Assembly: GCA_964621025.1 (NCBI GenBank)
Contig: CAZUKQ010000001.1
Span: 15,288-79,287 of the forward strand
Origin: Candidatus Woesearchaeota archaeon
Lineage (GTDB): Archaea; Nanobdellota; Nanobdellia; Pacearchaeales; GW2011-AR1
Length of the DNA: 64,000 nucleotides
Reading direction: 5' to 3'
Shown here: piece after piece, positions 37,564-46,946 of the stretch
Position numbering within the stretch: the stretch's first letter is position 1
How the letters are laid out: each line of letters begins with the position of its first letter
Notes under the pieces: model-generated
Told to the model about the DNA's origin: nothing
Seen by the model: the letters and a program-made list of their open reading frames with translations, nothing else
Database searches by the model: none
Made by a program: the position numbers and the translations under genes

Positions 37564-38724
37564 TTAGGGAACAACTGATACTGTTGCGTTTGCTTCAAGA
37601 GAATATTCGAGAGTTGGTGCATCAGCTATACCACTATTTGCAATCTCCCACCCATCTTTATCAGGGTAGCTTTTATAAACTTCATTATATCTCGCGTACA
37701 TTAGCTGCGAAGTGTATATTGAGCTACCATGCGGACCTGCAATCACCCACCAACGGTAATCCCAAGGATAGGCAAAAATACTATAAATTTGAGTATTTCC
37801 GGAATCATAATTCTTATACCATGCAAAATCAATAGTATCAGAAGAGTCAATGTAATTTACAGTTTTTACTTCGGCCAGTTGATAAACTCTATTCGCCGCG
37901 GTTGTTCCAGCACCAACAACAGTAATTATCAAAGGATAATCCAGCATCCTTGTGAATCTAACAGGAGGAACATTAAATTCATTATCCGGAGAAATGTAGG
38001 TCTTTGTTCCATTAGACAGATACCAGAGAGTTTCTTTATAGATACTATAACTTCCATTTTCCCATTTTGAAGAAACTGAATTGTAAGTATAAATCTTATT
38101 GAAATCTGATTCAGTTGCGTCTGTCACAATTAACTTGGAAGGAGGGGAACTACACCCTTCAATCACGACGGAATCACCTACACAACCAAGCAACGAAATA
38201 GAAAGTTTTGTTTTATTTCTAAATCCGGAGAAATTACAAACCGACCAAGCAGAATAATCACAAAGAGGATTTAATCCACTATAATTCTGAATTGCATCAC
38301 TTTGAGAGACAACATCGCTTACACCAGAAGAAGTAATTGGAGCAACTGTAACTTTTTCAGGACGAGTATTTAGCTCTCCTTTCAAATCAAACTCATAAAC
38401 TTTTATTTGATTTGGTTGTGGGACATTTGTTTTGTTTTTATTTATTGAAACTCCTTTGCTAACAAAATTAAAATCCAATCCGGTCAAATTAACATTATCA
38501 TTTCCCCTTTTAACTTGAACACGAGCAATTTTATTTACGTCGTCCCATGTTGTGTAACCACCCGAAGTTTCAATTGAAAGTTTAGTTGTTTCCTGTGTTG
38601 AAGAAACTGTAGAATCCTTAATCATTGGAAGAACAAACGCCCAAATAATCGCAACAGCTGCAACTGTAATCATTATTATCAAAACCGTCGCTACAATTGC
38701 ATCTACACCTTTTTTATTAAACAT
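37564..38724 (-). CDS. archaeal type IV pilin-like protein (class III signal peptide) with large extracellular domain
   Basis: N-terminus MFNKKGVDAIVATVLIIMITVAAVAIIW is a KKG-cleavage-type prepilin signal followed by a hydrophobic helix. Confidence 0.65.
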   Translation of the reverse strand: MFNKKGVDAIVATVLIIMITVAAVAIIWAFVLPMIKDSTVSSTQETTKLSIETSGGYTTWDDVNKIARVQVKRGNDNVNLTGLDFNFVSKGVSINKNKTNVPQPNQIKVYEFDLKGELNTRPEKVTVAPITSSGVSDVVSQSDAIQNYSGLNPLCDYSAWSVCNFSGFRNKTKLSISLLGCVGDSVVIEGCSSPPSKLIVTDATESDFNKIYTYNSVSSKWENGSYSIYKETLWYLSNGTKTYISPDNEFNVPPVRFTRMLDYPLIITVVGAGTTAANRVYQLAEVKTVNYIDSSDTIDFAWYKNYDSGNTQIYSIFAYPWDYRWWVIAGPHGSSIYTSQLMYARYNEVYKSYPDKDGWEIANSGIADAPTLEYSLEANATVSVVP

Positions 38725-38754
38725 AAATTACCCAAGATGCAGGAGTATATAAAA

Positions 38755-39612
38755 TTAATTAAAAACAAATAAAGCCTTAGCTAAAATGTCTTCACCTTTT
38801 TGGTCTGTCTTTTGGACAATTTCTATAAACTGCTTTCCGCAGAAAACTGCAAAGACCTCTTCTAGAGGAATTTTTGATTCGACGTCTTCTTTGAAAAGAG
38901 GTTTACCATGAAACAAATGTTTGATTGCGGATTTTCTGACTTCAACATAAGGCATGACTTTTTTTATTGCTTCTTCTGCAGGCATTATCATTTTTCTTAG
39001 TTCTTTATCGTTGCCGTTTTTGTATTCTTCAACTGCTTTGTCAAATTCGTATAGGCTAACAATAGTCTCTTCTTTTATTACTCCTGCTCGAATTCTTCGT
39101 AGTTCTAACATGTGTGCTCCGCCAATTATTTCTCCTAAATCTGAACAGAGTTTTCTAATGTATGTTCCACCTTGAACTTCTGCTATGAAAAGAAAATCTT
39201 TTTTTGTTTCCGATGCTTCGATTAATTTGAAGTTCATAATTTCTCTTTCTCGTTCTTGTCTTTTTACTGCCGACTTTACAGGAGGCATTTGTGTTATTAC
39301 GCCCGTGAATTTTTCTTGTATTATTTTCTGCAATTCTTCCATTTCTTGTTCTTTATGAGTGTGCATTACACCGATGTATTCTTTGTCATGTCCTAGAAAG
39401 AAACCAGTTAGTTTGCAAGCTCTGCCAAGTGCAATTGGTAAAACTCCTGTTACTTGCGGGTCTAGAGTTCCGAAGTGTGAAGTTTTTGATAAGTCTAATT
39501 TTTTTCTAATGTAATCGGAAATTGTAAAACTAGTCGGACCTGCCGGTTTGTCGATGTTTAGTATTCCAAATTGCAGTAGTTCATGAATCGGTTTCAATTG
39601 TTTAGATACCAT
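38755..39612 (-). CDS. cbf5: rRNA/tRNA pseudouridine synthase Cbf5 (TruB family with PUA domain)
   Basis: HFGTLDPQVTGVLPIALGRA catalytic-Asp motif, GTYIR, and a C-terminal PUA-like segment. Confidence 0.88.
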   Translation of the reverse strand: MVSKQLKPIHELLQFGILNIDKPAGPTSFTISDYIRKKLDLSKTSHFGTLDPQVTGVLPIALGRACKLTGFFLGHDKEYIGVMHTHKEQEMEELQKIIQEKFTGVITQMPPVKSAVKRQEREREIMNFKLIEASETKKDFLFIAEVQGGTYIRKLCSDLGEIIGGAHMLELRRIRAGVIKEETIVSLYEFDKAVEEYKNGNDKELRKMIMPAEEAIKKVMPYVEVRKSAIKHLFHGKPLFKEDVESKIPLEEVFAVFCGKQFIEIVQKTDQKGEDILAKALFVFN

Positions 39613-39687
39613 AGAATTAAGTTGTAAAATTGGTTTATATCTCTTTTCAATCGAAACATTTTAAAAGCATTTTATTTTCCCTAGCGC

Positions 39688-39906
39688 ATGGAAAAATTAA
39701 CAGAAATATTATTTAATTTGGGCGAGATTCCAGTACTTTGCCCTGTTAAAAAAACTAAAAGGAATATTAATCTGAATAATTTTGGATATTTATTCAAAAG
39801 AACAGAAAATAGAACACAACCAGAAAGAGTGGATGGTTATTACTGTAAAGAGTGTGACCAAGTTCATCCTTTGTTGGAGTCAATTAGAAGTTACACTGGC
39901 TGTTAG
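39688..39906 (+). CDS. hypothetical small protein (72 aa)
   Basis: ORF track only. Has CPV...CKECD cysteines. Confidence 0.35.
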   Translation: MEKLTEILFNLGEIPVLCPVKKTKRNINLNNFGYLFKRTENRTQPERVDGYYCKECDQVHPLLESIRSYTGC

Positions 39907-39946
39907 AAGAAAGATTTAAAAGCTCTAACAAACTATAAAATTAAAT

Positions 39947-39978
39947 GGTGATGGTCGGAGAATCGCCTTAGAATTCTA
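39947..39978 (+). promoter_or_regulatory. conserved 5' element, copy 4 (GGTGATGGTCGGAGAATCGCCTTAGAATTCTA)
   Basis: Differs at 1 of 32 positions from copy 3. Ends 10 nt before ATG 39989. TTTAAAAG box lies ~30 nt upstream. Confidence 0.6.
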
Positions 39979-39988
39979 CAAAAATAAA

Positions 39989-40384
39989 ATGGTCAAAGGA
40001 ACAATAGCAAAAACACTTGTAGGAATTGCTCTAGCTGGAAGTTTGACTAGTTGTAAAAATGATTATTCTCAATATCAATATGGCGGAAGAATTGGAGAAG
40101 AGAAAGTGAAGTTTTGTCATGAAGAAGGTTTTTGGAGCAGTACTAAAAATACTTTGATGATTACTAAACCTGAAGGAAAAAGAAGTATAGAGTATATAGA
40201 CTCATTTGGTAATGATTTAAAATTGGAATATGTTAAAATTGTTGTTGATAGTCAAGAAACAACCTATGGTTATTCTGATGAAGCTGAAAAACAGGTAGTT
40301 GAAGCAGCTCAAAAACAATTTGATAGTTATTTACAACAAATAAAAGAATTAAAAATTAAACAAGGATTGGAGAACTTAAAATAA
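39989..40384 (+). CDS. lipobox lipoprotein (131 aa)
   Basis: MVKGTIAKTLVGIALAGSLTSC carries an L-T-S-C lipobox. Confidence 0.55.
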   Translation: MVKGTIAKTLVGIALAGSLTSCKNDYSQYQYGGRIGEEKVKFCHEEGFWSSTKNTLMITKPEGKRSIEYIDSFGNDLKLEYVKIVVDSQETTYGYSDEAEKQVVEAAQKQFDSYLQQIKELKIKQGLENLK

Positions 40385-40385
40385 A

Positions 40386-40712
40386 ATGGCAAAAGAAAAC
40401 CTAGAAAACCGTGTTGGAGAAATAACTCTTGCTCTTAGCGAAAAGGGAATCAAAGCAAATGTTCTTGTAAAAAATGATGATTCAATTTTGAAAAAGAAAC
40501 AACAATTTTATATTGTTGCGAATGGTGTTTCCGAAAGCGAACATAAAAGAATCTGCGTCGATATACATGAAGTAATCTTAACCATGGCAGGATATGGAAC
40601 AAGTTCTGCAAATTATAAAGATGGAACTCTGGAAATTAGATATACCCCCGTAAGGGAAGAAGAACCTAAAAAAGACTCAACTTACCGAGCAGCCGGCTCT
40701 GAGAAGAAATAA
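40386..40712 (+). CDS. hypothetical protein (108 aa)
   Basis: ORF track. Starts 1 nt after the upstream stop. Confidence 0.5.
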   Translation: MAKENLENRVGEITLALSEKGIKANVLVKNDDSILKKKQQFYIVANGVSESEHKRICVDIHEVILTMAGYGTSSANYKDGTLEIRYTPVREEEPKKDSTYRAAGSEKK

Positions 40713-40716
40713 GAAA

Positions 40717-42006
40717 ATGATACCTTCTGCACCGACTATTGTGCGTAACAATTTTTACAGAGAACTAAATGATTTGACAGATGAAAATAGATTGGAATCC
40801 TTAAGAAGATATTACAATTCTTTCGTCAGGGGCGGTTCAGGATTTAGTAATCTCAGCAATCCAGAAGCACAGAAAAGAATTATATCAAACCCTCAAGAAG
40901 CAAGAAATGTTTTAGAAGAAATGGGCAGATACAAGAACATAGATCCTCGTGTCAATGCTTCAAAATTTTTTTACTTTCCAACAGAAGCTCCTACTGCAAA
41001 CATGAACTGTTTAGAAAAATCTGCTTGCATGTATTTTGCTTTAGAAGAATTGTATCCCTCTTCTAATCCTGCTTTGGTTTATGTAATATTTGACAATGGA
41101 AGCATTCACGCCACAACACTTTTTACCCATAAAAAAAGATTACACTCTGCAGATCCTAACTTTGAAATATTTGGAGAAATACAATTGACAGATAAAGAAA
41201 TTATTATCCTTGGAAAAGATGAGAAAAAAGATGAAGCAAAACCCTATGCGGACATTTTCAAAGTTAGCGACAATGTTCTTAATCAAATGGCACTAAAACT
41301 TAGAAGTGATAAAGGAATTGTTGACTTTGTGTATGACTCTGGGCAGATAACTGGAAGAGGTGGTTATGATACTGTTAATCATCTTTTTACTTATGTTGAT
41401 GGAGAAAAGATTATTTCTGAAATTAGGGGAAGTAAAATGGGAATTAGATTCACAGAAGGTAAAAAGTCTGAAACTACTCTAATTGGATATGAAAAATATT
41501 GGTGGAGAGGAATAACTGATGAGAAAAAACTTTCAATACCTGAAACAAGTCCATTTTTAACTTGCAGCCTAGAAGATAAAGTAAAGAATTACTATCCTTT
41601 TGAGGGAATCGCTCACTTTGTCCAAAATCCTGGAAGATATGTTTTTCCAACACCTCAAAAACAGAAATTTTTAGCAGATTCGCTAGTTCAAGCAAGATTT
41701 GCAAAATCCTTTCAGGATTCACAGAATTATTCTGAAGCAACAAAAGAAAGATTTGTTGATTTTCTTATGCATAAATTTGGAGAAGACCCCACACAGATAG
41801 TTCCCTTGAGAGATCATTTTGCTTGTGAGCTTATGAGAGAAGACGGGAAAAAAGTCGCTTTCGATTTTCCATTATCAGATTACGCTTTCGAAAGCATGGA
41901 CTTGAAGGAAGTATTAGACATAATTCAAATGACAAACGATGCAAAGCGCTATGGTCAAGAAATAAAAAAACAGATGACTGGAAGAGAATCAGAGATTATT
42001 GTTTAG
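40717..42006 (+). CDS. hypothetical protein with possible transglutaminase-like Cys-His-Asp core
   Basis: SACMYFAL ... GSIHATTLF ... HSADPN. The spacing is compatible with a transglutaminase-like/papain-like triad. Not confirmed. Confidence 0.4.
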   Translation: MIPSAPTIVRNNFYRELNDLTDENRLESLRRYYNSFVRGGSGFSNLSNPEAQKRIISNPQEARNVLEEMGRYKNIDPRVNASKFFYFPTEAPTANMNCLEKSACMYFALEELYPSSNPALVYVIFDNGSIHATTLFTHKKRLHSADPNFEIFGEIQLTDKEIIILGKDEKKDEAKPYADIFKVSDNVLNQMALKLRSDKGIVDFVYDSGQITGRGGYDTVNHLFTYVDGEKIISEIRGSKMGIRFTEGKKSETTLIGYEKYWWRGITDEKKLSIPETSPFLTCSLEDKVKNYYPFEGIAHFVQNPGRYVFPTPQKQKFLADSLVQARFAKSFQDSQNYSEATKERFVDFLMHKFGEDPTQIVPLRDHFACELMREDGKKVAFDFPLSDYAFESMDLKEVLDIIQMTNDAKRYGQEIKKQMTGRESEIIV

Positions 42007-42708
42007 AAATTTCTTTCTCTTTTCTTCAGGCATTTTTTCAATAGCATATCTTAAAGTTGTTCTAGGCATTTCTTTGTAATTATCTTTTATGAATTTCTCG
42101 ACAATTTTATTATCTCTCTTCCAAATTTCACGCAACATCCAGCCGATTGCTTTATGAATTAAATCGTGTTTATCTTTCAGAAGGATTTTAGAAATTTGAA
42201 TGGATTCGGCAAATCTTTCGTTTCGAATAAAATAAAATGTTGAAAGAATTGAAATTCTTTTTTCCCATAAATCTTCTGAGTGAGCTAGGTCGAAAAATTT
42301 TCCTTCAATGAACGGATTTTTGCTGCCGTTTTCTAGAATGTATCTACCGACGATATTTGGTGCTGATAGATCTACTAGGTCCCAGTTGTTTATCCATTTT
42401 GTATTGCTAAGATAAATCTTGAAAATTTGTTCTCTTTCTTCTGAATTTTTTTCAAACTTCTTAACTAGAATTAACAAAGCAATTAATCTCTCTTCGTGGA
42501 ATTTTGAATGGAGAAGTTCTTCTGTTTCTTTTATTGAAATCTCTTTGTAGAATTTTTTTACAATTAATCTTGATTTTGGGACCATTAGTCCTAGAAAAAT
42601 ATCTCCTTCACCGTACTGTCCTTTCCCAGTTTTAAAAAATCTAGATAGATTTTTTGCGTTCTCCTTATTTGCATTTTTCTGTACTTCTTTTTTTAATTCT
42701 GATAACAT
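41989..42708 (-). CDS. DNA alkylation repair protein (AlkD/AlkC-like HEAT-repeat glycosylase family)
   Basis: NAKNLSRFFKTGKGQYGEGDIFLGLMVPKSR and INNWDLVD are characteristic of the DNA_alkylation family. Confidence 0.8.
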   Translation of the reverse strand: MLSELKKEVQKNANKENAKNLSRFFKTGKGQYGEGDIFLGLMVPKSRLIVKKFYKEISIKETEELLHSKFHEERLIALLILVKKFEKNSEEREQIFKIYLSNTKWINNWDLVDLSAPNIVGRYILENGSKNPFIEGKFFDLAHSEDLWEKRISILSTFYFIRNERFAESIQISKILLKDKHDLIHKAIGWMLREIWKRDNKIVEKFIKDNYKEMPRTTLRYAIEKMPEEKRKKFLNNNL

Positions 42709-42748
42709 AATAAATATAGAAGAAATTAGTTTTTATCTTTTTGTGAAA

Positions 42749-43087
42749 TTAAACAACTGAATTAAAACAAGAAAAGGAGTATTTTACTTCGACTTTTGTG
42801 TTTTTTCTGACTCTTTTTTGAACTCTTCTTCCTACTGCCAAATCTAGTCTTTTTTCAAGTCTAGGTATTTCTCTTGCTGTTGGAACATCTCCAATTAGAC
42901 CAATGTCTTCTGCCCAGGCATAAAGAGACTGTTTTTCAGATTCTGGTTTACCCATGAGGTTATCTACATAAAAATCTAACATCCTATTTCTTCTGCTTTC
43001 CATATGACTTAGTTTATACGCTGCAGTTCCTAGGGCGAATGAACTGTAAAAGCAATAGCGAGAAAAATTGGAGATTTTCGATTCCAT
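42749..43087 (-). CDS. hypothetical protein (112 aa)
   Basis: ORF track only. Confidence 0.4.
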   Translation of the reverse strand: MESKISNFSRYCFYSSFALGTAAYKLSHMESRRNRMLDFYVDNLMGKPESEKQSLYAWAEDIGLIGDVPTAREIPRLEKRLDLAVGRRVQKRVRKNTKVEVKYSFSCFNSVV

Positions 43088-43179
43088 TGTTTATTTTGTC
43101 CTTGACAATTTAAATATATTATGGTGATTAAGTTACCACAACCTTTATAAATGAAAATTCTCAACAAATAATAAGACAC

Positions 43180-43932
43180 ATGGAAGGAAGAAAAATTGTT
43201 GTGCCTGGCGAAACTATAGTAAACGGAGACGATTTCTTGCCGGGTGACGGAGCACGAAGAGAAGGGAAAAACATTTTAGCTAGTAGATACGGTTTAGCTG
43301 AAACTACAAACAAGTTAGTTAGAGTCATACCTCTTTCTGGTGCATATGTTCCTCGAAGAGGAAATGTTATTATTGGTACAGTTTCAAGCATAAATTTCAA
43401 AGGTTGGTTAATTAATTACGGCGGATCAAATGAAGGATTCTTGAATGTTGCTGAAGTTCCAAGATACATCGGCAAGGGAGAATTAAGAGACTGTTTTGAT
43501 TTTGGCGACGTTATTTACTCATCTATCTGGGGAACAGATGGTGGAAACTTAGATTTATCCGTTAAACAAAGAGGATTCGGAAGATTAGAAGGTGGACAAT
43601 TAATCAAAGTAAACCCTAACAAGGTTCCAAGAATAATTGGAAAAGAAGGAAGCATGATTAACTTAATTATTGACGCAACTGATTGTGATGTTGTTGTTGC
43701 ACACAATGGTGTTGTTTGGGTAGCTTCTGACAATATGGAAAATGAAACTAAGGCAAGACAAATTGTTGAATTCATTTGTGAAAATTCCACAGTTTCTGGT
43801 TTAACTGAAAAAGTAGAAAAATTCATAAAGGAAGAATTGAAATTAGAAATTAAAACAAACGACAGAAAAGAAGAATCTTGTCAAGATGAATCTTGCGAGA
43901 ATTGTGACTGTTCTGAAGAGGGAGAACAATAA
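43180..43932 (+). CDS. rrp4: exosome RNA-binding subunit Rrp4 (S1 plus KH) with Cys/acidic tail
   Basis: N-terminal VVPGE..., an S1 region, KH motif KVPRIIGKEGSMINLI, and the tail CQDESCENCDCSEEGEQ. Confidence 0.88.
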   Translation: MEGRKIVVPGETIVNGDDFLPGDGARREGKNILASRYGLAETTNKLVRVIPLSGAYVPRRGNVIIGTVSSINFKGWLINYGGSNEGFLNVAEVPRYIGKGELRDCFDFGDVIYSSIWGTDGGNLDLSVKQRGFGRLEGGQLIKVNPNKVPRIIGKEGSMINLIIDATDCDVVVAHNGVVWVASDNMENETKARQIVEFICENSTVSGLTEKVEKFIKEELKLEIKTNDRKEESCQDESCENCDCSEEGEQ

Positions 43933-43933
43933 A

Positions 43934-44650
43934 ATGGCGGGAAGTTATACTAAAAGAGCAGACGGAAGAACAATGGATGGTTTCAGACCAATCAAAGCTC
44001 AAGTTGGAGTTATTGACAGCGCTGACGGTTCCGCAATGTTCGAAACTGGAAAAACAAGAGCAATCGCTGTTGTAAGAGGACCTAGAAAATTACACCCTAA
44101 ACACATGGAAAACCCTGAAAAAGGAATTCTAAGGGTTTCATATCAAATGATGTCTTTCTCCGTTTGGGACAGAATCAAACCAGGTATGAGTAGAAGAGGA
44201 CAAGAAATTGGAAAAGTAACTGAATGGGCTCTTCAAGAAGTTGTTGATTTAGACGCTTTCCCTAATGCTGTTGTGGATGTTATTATTCAAATCCCTCAGG
44301 CAGATGCTGGAACAAGAGTTGCTGGTATAAATGCTGCGGCTATGGCTTTGGCTCAAGCTGGAGTTCCAATGAAAGAAATGGTTTCTGCAATTGCTGTTGG
44401 TAAAGTTGATAAAACAATTGTTGTTGATGTAAACTACGACGAGGAACACTACAAAGAAGGCGAATGTTCTACAGATATTCCTATGGCTTTCACTTCAAAC
44501 TCTCAAAAAATAACTTTGCTACAACTTGACGGAAGAATTTCAACAAAAGAAATGGCTGAAGCAGTTGAAGCTGGAAAAGTTGCTTGTCAAAAAATCTTAG
44601 CAATTCAAACTGAAGCTTTAAAAAATGTGGGAGAACTAATAACAAGATGA
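43934..44650 (+). CDS. rrp41: exosome RNase PH subunit Rrp41
   Basis: RADGRT...DGSA...VRGPRK... RNase PH domain pattern. Start at ATG 43934, right after the rrp4 stop. The ORF-track start 43886 overlaps rrp4. Confidence 0.88.
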   Translation: MAGSYTKRADGRTMDGFRPIKAQVGVIDSADGSAMFETGKTRAIAVVRGPRKLHPKHMENPEKGILRVSYQMMSFSVWDRIKPGMSRRGQEIGKVTEWALQEVVDLDAFPNAVVDVIIQIPQADAGTRVAGINAAAMALAQAGVPMKEMVSAIAVGKVDKTIVVDVNYDEEHYKEGECSTDIPMAFTSNSQKITLLQLDGRISTKEMAEAVEAGKVACQKILAIQTEALKNVGELITR

Positions 44651-45465
44651 GCGTACCAAACTTACAAAAACAAAGAATAATCGACTATTTGAAAGTTGGA
44701 AAAAGATTTGACGGAAGAACTCCAACTGAATACAGAGATATGAAAGTTGAATTAGGAATTTCTCAAAATGCTGAATCTTCATGTTCTGTTAAATTCGGAA
44801 AGACAGAAGTTTATGCTGGTGTAAAAATGGCAGTAGTCACTCCTTACCCCGATAATAAAGACGAAGGAACATTCATGGTTAGTTTAGAACTTGGTCCAAT
44901 GGCAGACAATGATTTCGACTCCGGTGCTCCAAGAATTGAAGCTATTGAAATGGGCAGAGTTATTGACAGAGGAATTAGAGAATCTGGTTTCATTGATTTC
45001 AAGAAAATGTGTATCAAAGAGGGCGAAAAAGTTTGGCAAGTATTCTTAGACTTATATGCGGTAAACAACGACGGTAACCTATTTGATGTTGCTGGTATTG
45101 CTGCTTTAATTGCTTTGGCTAATGCGAGAATGCCTGTTTACAATGAAGCAGAAGGAAAAATTGAACATGAATTCACAGAAACACCTTTGCCTTTAAACAA
45201 AGACAAGATGTCTATCAACACAACATTCCACAAAGTTGGCGACAAAATAATCTTGGACCCTTCAAAGGACGAAGAAGAAGTTGCAGACTACAGATTAAGT
45301 ATTGCAATTGCAGATAATAAAGGTGAAGCAAGAATCACAGCTATGCAAAAAGGAAAGGAAGGCGGAATGACTTCAGAAGATATGCAAAGCATTTTAAAGC
45401 TAGTTGAAGAACAATATTCAGAGATGTTCCCTAAATTATCTAAACTTATTTGGGGCAAAAAGTAA
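44647..45465 (+). CDS. rrp42: exosome RNase PH-like subunit Rrp42
   Basis: Second RNase PH-like domain (RFDGRTPTEYRD...). ATGA overlap with rrp41. Confidence 0.85.
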   Translation: MSVPNLQKQRIIDYLKVGKRFDGRTPTEYRDMKVELGISQNAESSCSVKFGKTEVYAGVKMAVVTPYPDNKDEGTFMVSLELGPMADNDFDSGAPRIEAIEMGRVIDRGIRESGFIDFKKMCIKEGEKVWQVFLDLYAVNNDGNLFDVAGIAALIALANARMPVYNEAEGKIEHEFTETPLPLNKDKMSINTTFHKVGDKIILDPSKDEEEVADYRLSIAIADNKGEARITAMQKGKEGGMTSEDMQSILKLVEEQYSEMFPKLSKLIWGKK

Positions 45466-45467
45466 AG

Positions 45468-45857
45468 ATGGCAAATCCAGAATTTTCAAAATATGAGAAA
45501 GCAAGAATCCTTGGAGCTAGAGGCTTACAAATTTCTATGGATGCACCTTTATTGTTGAAAATGGATAATGAAGCTATGACTAACTTGAATTTTGACCCAT
45601 TAAAACTTGCTGAAGCTGAATTGAACTCTGGTGTTTTACCAATTTCTGTTAAGAGACCAATGCCTGAGAAACACGAAAGAAAGTTAAAAGCAATAAATTT
45701 AGAAAGACCAGTTAACGACGATAAAAAGATTGAAGATGAATCAAACGAAGAAAAAGAAATCGTTGAAGCTGGTGAAATTATGGAATTAGTTGACCAAGCT
45801 GAAGAAGTTGAAGAAGATTTCTCTGCTGCTAGTGATGGTAAAGAAGAGTTGGATTAA
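45468..45857 (+). CDS. rpoK: RNA polymerase subunit K (Rpb6 homolog) with ~65-aa acidic C-terminal extension
   Basis: FSKYEKARILGARGLQISMDAP matches the Rpb6/RpoK core. Start at ATG 45468 (MANPEF). Confidence 0.8.
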   Translation: MANPEFSKYEKARILGARGLQISMDAPLLLKMDNEAMTNLNFDPLKLAEAELNSGVLPISVKRPMPEKHERKLKAINLERPVNDDKKIEDESNEEKEIVEAGEIMELVDQAEEVEEDFSAASDGKEELD

Positions 45858-45881
45858 ATTAGCTTTTCATCACACATATTT

Positions 45882-45889
45882 TTATAAAT
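45882..45889 (+). promoter_or_regulatory. TATA box (TTATAAAT), starts 28 nt upstream of ATG 45910
   Basis: Fits the -28 TATA rule. Confidence 0.55.
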
Positions 45890-45909
45890 AAATTATTACT
45901 ATTTGTTTT

Positions 45910-46458
45910 ATGAGCAAAAAGATACCTCTTATTGGACTGCATGTTGGAAATATTTATCCTACACAAAATCCAGTTAGTGATTTAAACATTGGAAAGTATA
46001 CTGAAATTTCTTTAGTGAACTATTGTATTACACGAGGTGTCATTATGAGAGTCGCTAATCGGGATGAAAGTTTATTGGCCTACAGTTCTCAGAACCCTAC
46101 GGAAGTTTTTCAAGAACTTTTCCCAAAGTTTTATGTAACCAGATTTAACGGAAGACAACTTTTTGGTACTGGAGATTTTGACCAAGACACTCCAATGACT
46201 GGATTGAGTATCAGAAGAATAGAACCAGTTAAAGGAATAGTTGGTAATGCTTCGGCATTTGCTAATGAAGGCCTTTTTGAAAAGGTTACAAGAAAAGAAC
46301 CTATTTCTAAAGTACAAATTGAAAAAATAATTGAAAGTTTTGGTGATTCTGATGAATCTCCTAGTAACCTATTTCTTTCAAGATTAGACCCAAATGCTAA
46401 TCAGAACAAATATGAGAGACAACAAATAATTGAAATGCTAAAACCTTATTTGAATTAA
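45910..46458 (+). CDS. hypothetical protein (182 aa), first gene of the phosphatase cluster transcript
   Basis: ORF track with a canonical promoter. The next gene starts 4 nt downstream with no TATA of its own. Confidence 0.5.
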   Translation: MSKKIPLIGLHVGNIYPTQNPVSDLNIGKYTEISLVNYCITRGVIMRVANRDESLLAYSSQNPTEVFQELFPKFYVTRFNGRQLFGTGDFDQDTPMTGLSIRRIEPVKGIVGNASAFANEGLFEKVTRKEPISKVQIEKIIESFGDSDESPSNLFLSRLDPNANQNKYERQQIIEMLKPYLN

Positions 46459-46462
46459 TTAC

Positions 46463-46879
46463 ATGGAAAAACCTCAACGTTATCTTTTTGTTTGTGCTGC
46501 TAATGTTAACCGAAGTAAAGTTGGTGAGACTGTTTTTAAAAGAATGCTTGAAGAAAAAGGTTACACTGTCGGAAGTTTAGACCAAGTTCTTGGAAGCGAT
46601 TGTTATGTTGGTTCTGCTGGAACTGATATTGATTTTATGGCCTTGAAAGAAGGTAGGCAGTACACTGCTGATCTTGGGACTGCAGTGGATAAAGTTTTCG
46701 CTGCAGATGCTAGAGTCTATATTGACCTTAAAGAATATTTTAGAATGTCTGAAGACAAAATGATAAACCTCGGAATTCCAGATAGATTTGACATTAAACT
46801 TCCAAACGAAAAAAGAAACCTTCAAAGAATTATGAGGAAGAAATTAGCTCCTTATGTTCCTGAAAAAAAGAAAGATTAA
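46463..46879 (+). CDS. LMW-PTP-fold phosphatase, Ssu72-like P-loop (paralog 1)
   Basis: YLFVCAANVNRSKVGE has the C-x5-R-S P-loop near the N-terminus. IPDRFD is a candidate acid loop. Confidence 0.7.
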   Translation: MEKPQRYLFVCAANVNRSKVGETVFKRMLEEKGYTVGSLDQVLGSDCYVGSAGTDIDFMALKEGRQYTADLGTAVDKVFAADARVYIDLKEYFRMSEDKMINLGIPDRFDIKLPNEKRNLQRIMRKKLAPYVPEKKKD

Positions 46880-46880
46880 T

Positions 46881-46946
46881 TTGTTACTGAATGGTGCGAT
46901 TTTTTGGATAAAAGTTTATAAGTTCTTTTTTACTATATTGTTTATG
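46881..46946 (+). repeat. 66-nt duplicated promoter module, copy A
   Basis: TTGTTACTGAATGGTGCGATTTTTTGGATAAAAGTTTATAAGTTCTTTTTTACTATATTGTTTATG. About 60 of 66 nt identical to 48137-48202. Contains TTTATAAG about 30 nt before the ATG. Confidence 0.7.

Noticed and set aside
37539-38070. Plus-strand ORFs 37539-37835 and 37729-38070 antisense to the pilin-like gene
   Set aside because: They have no motifs and overlap each other and the 386-aa ORF, which has a convincing class III signal peptide.
43886-43933. Upstream extension of rrp41 (MNLARIVTVLKRENNK)
   Set aside because: It overlaps the rrp4 C-terminus in another frame. ATG 43934 follows the rrp4 stop directly and begins the conserved RNase PH N-terminus.
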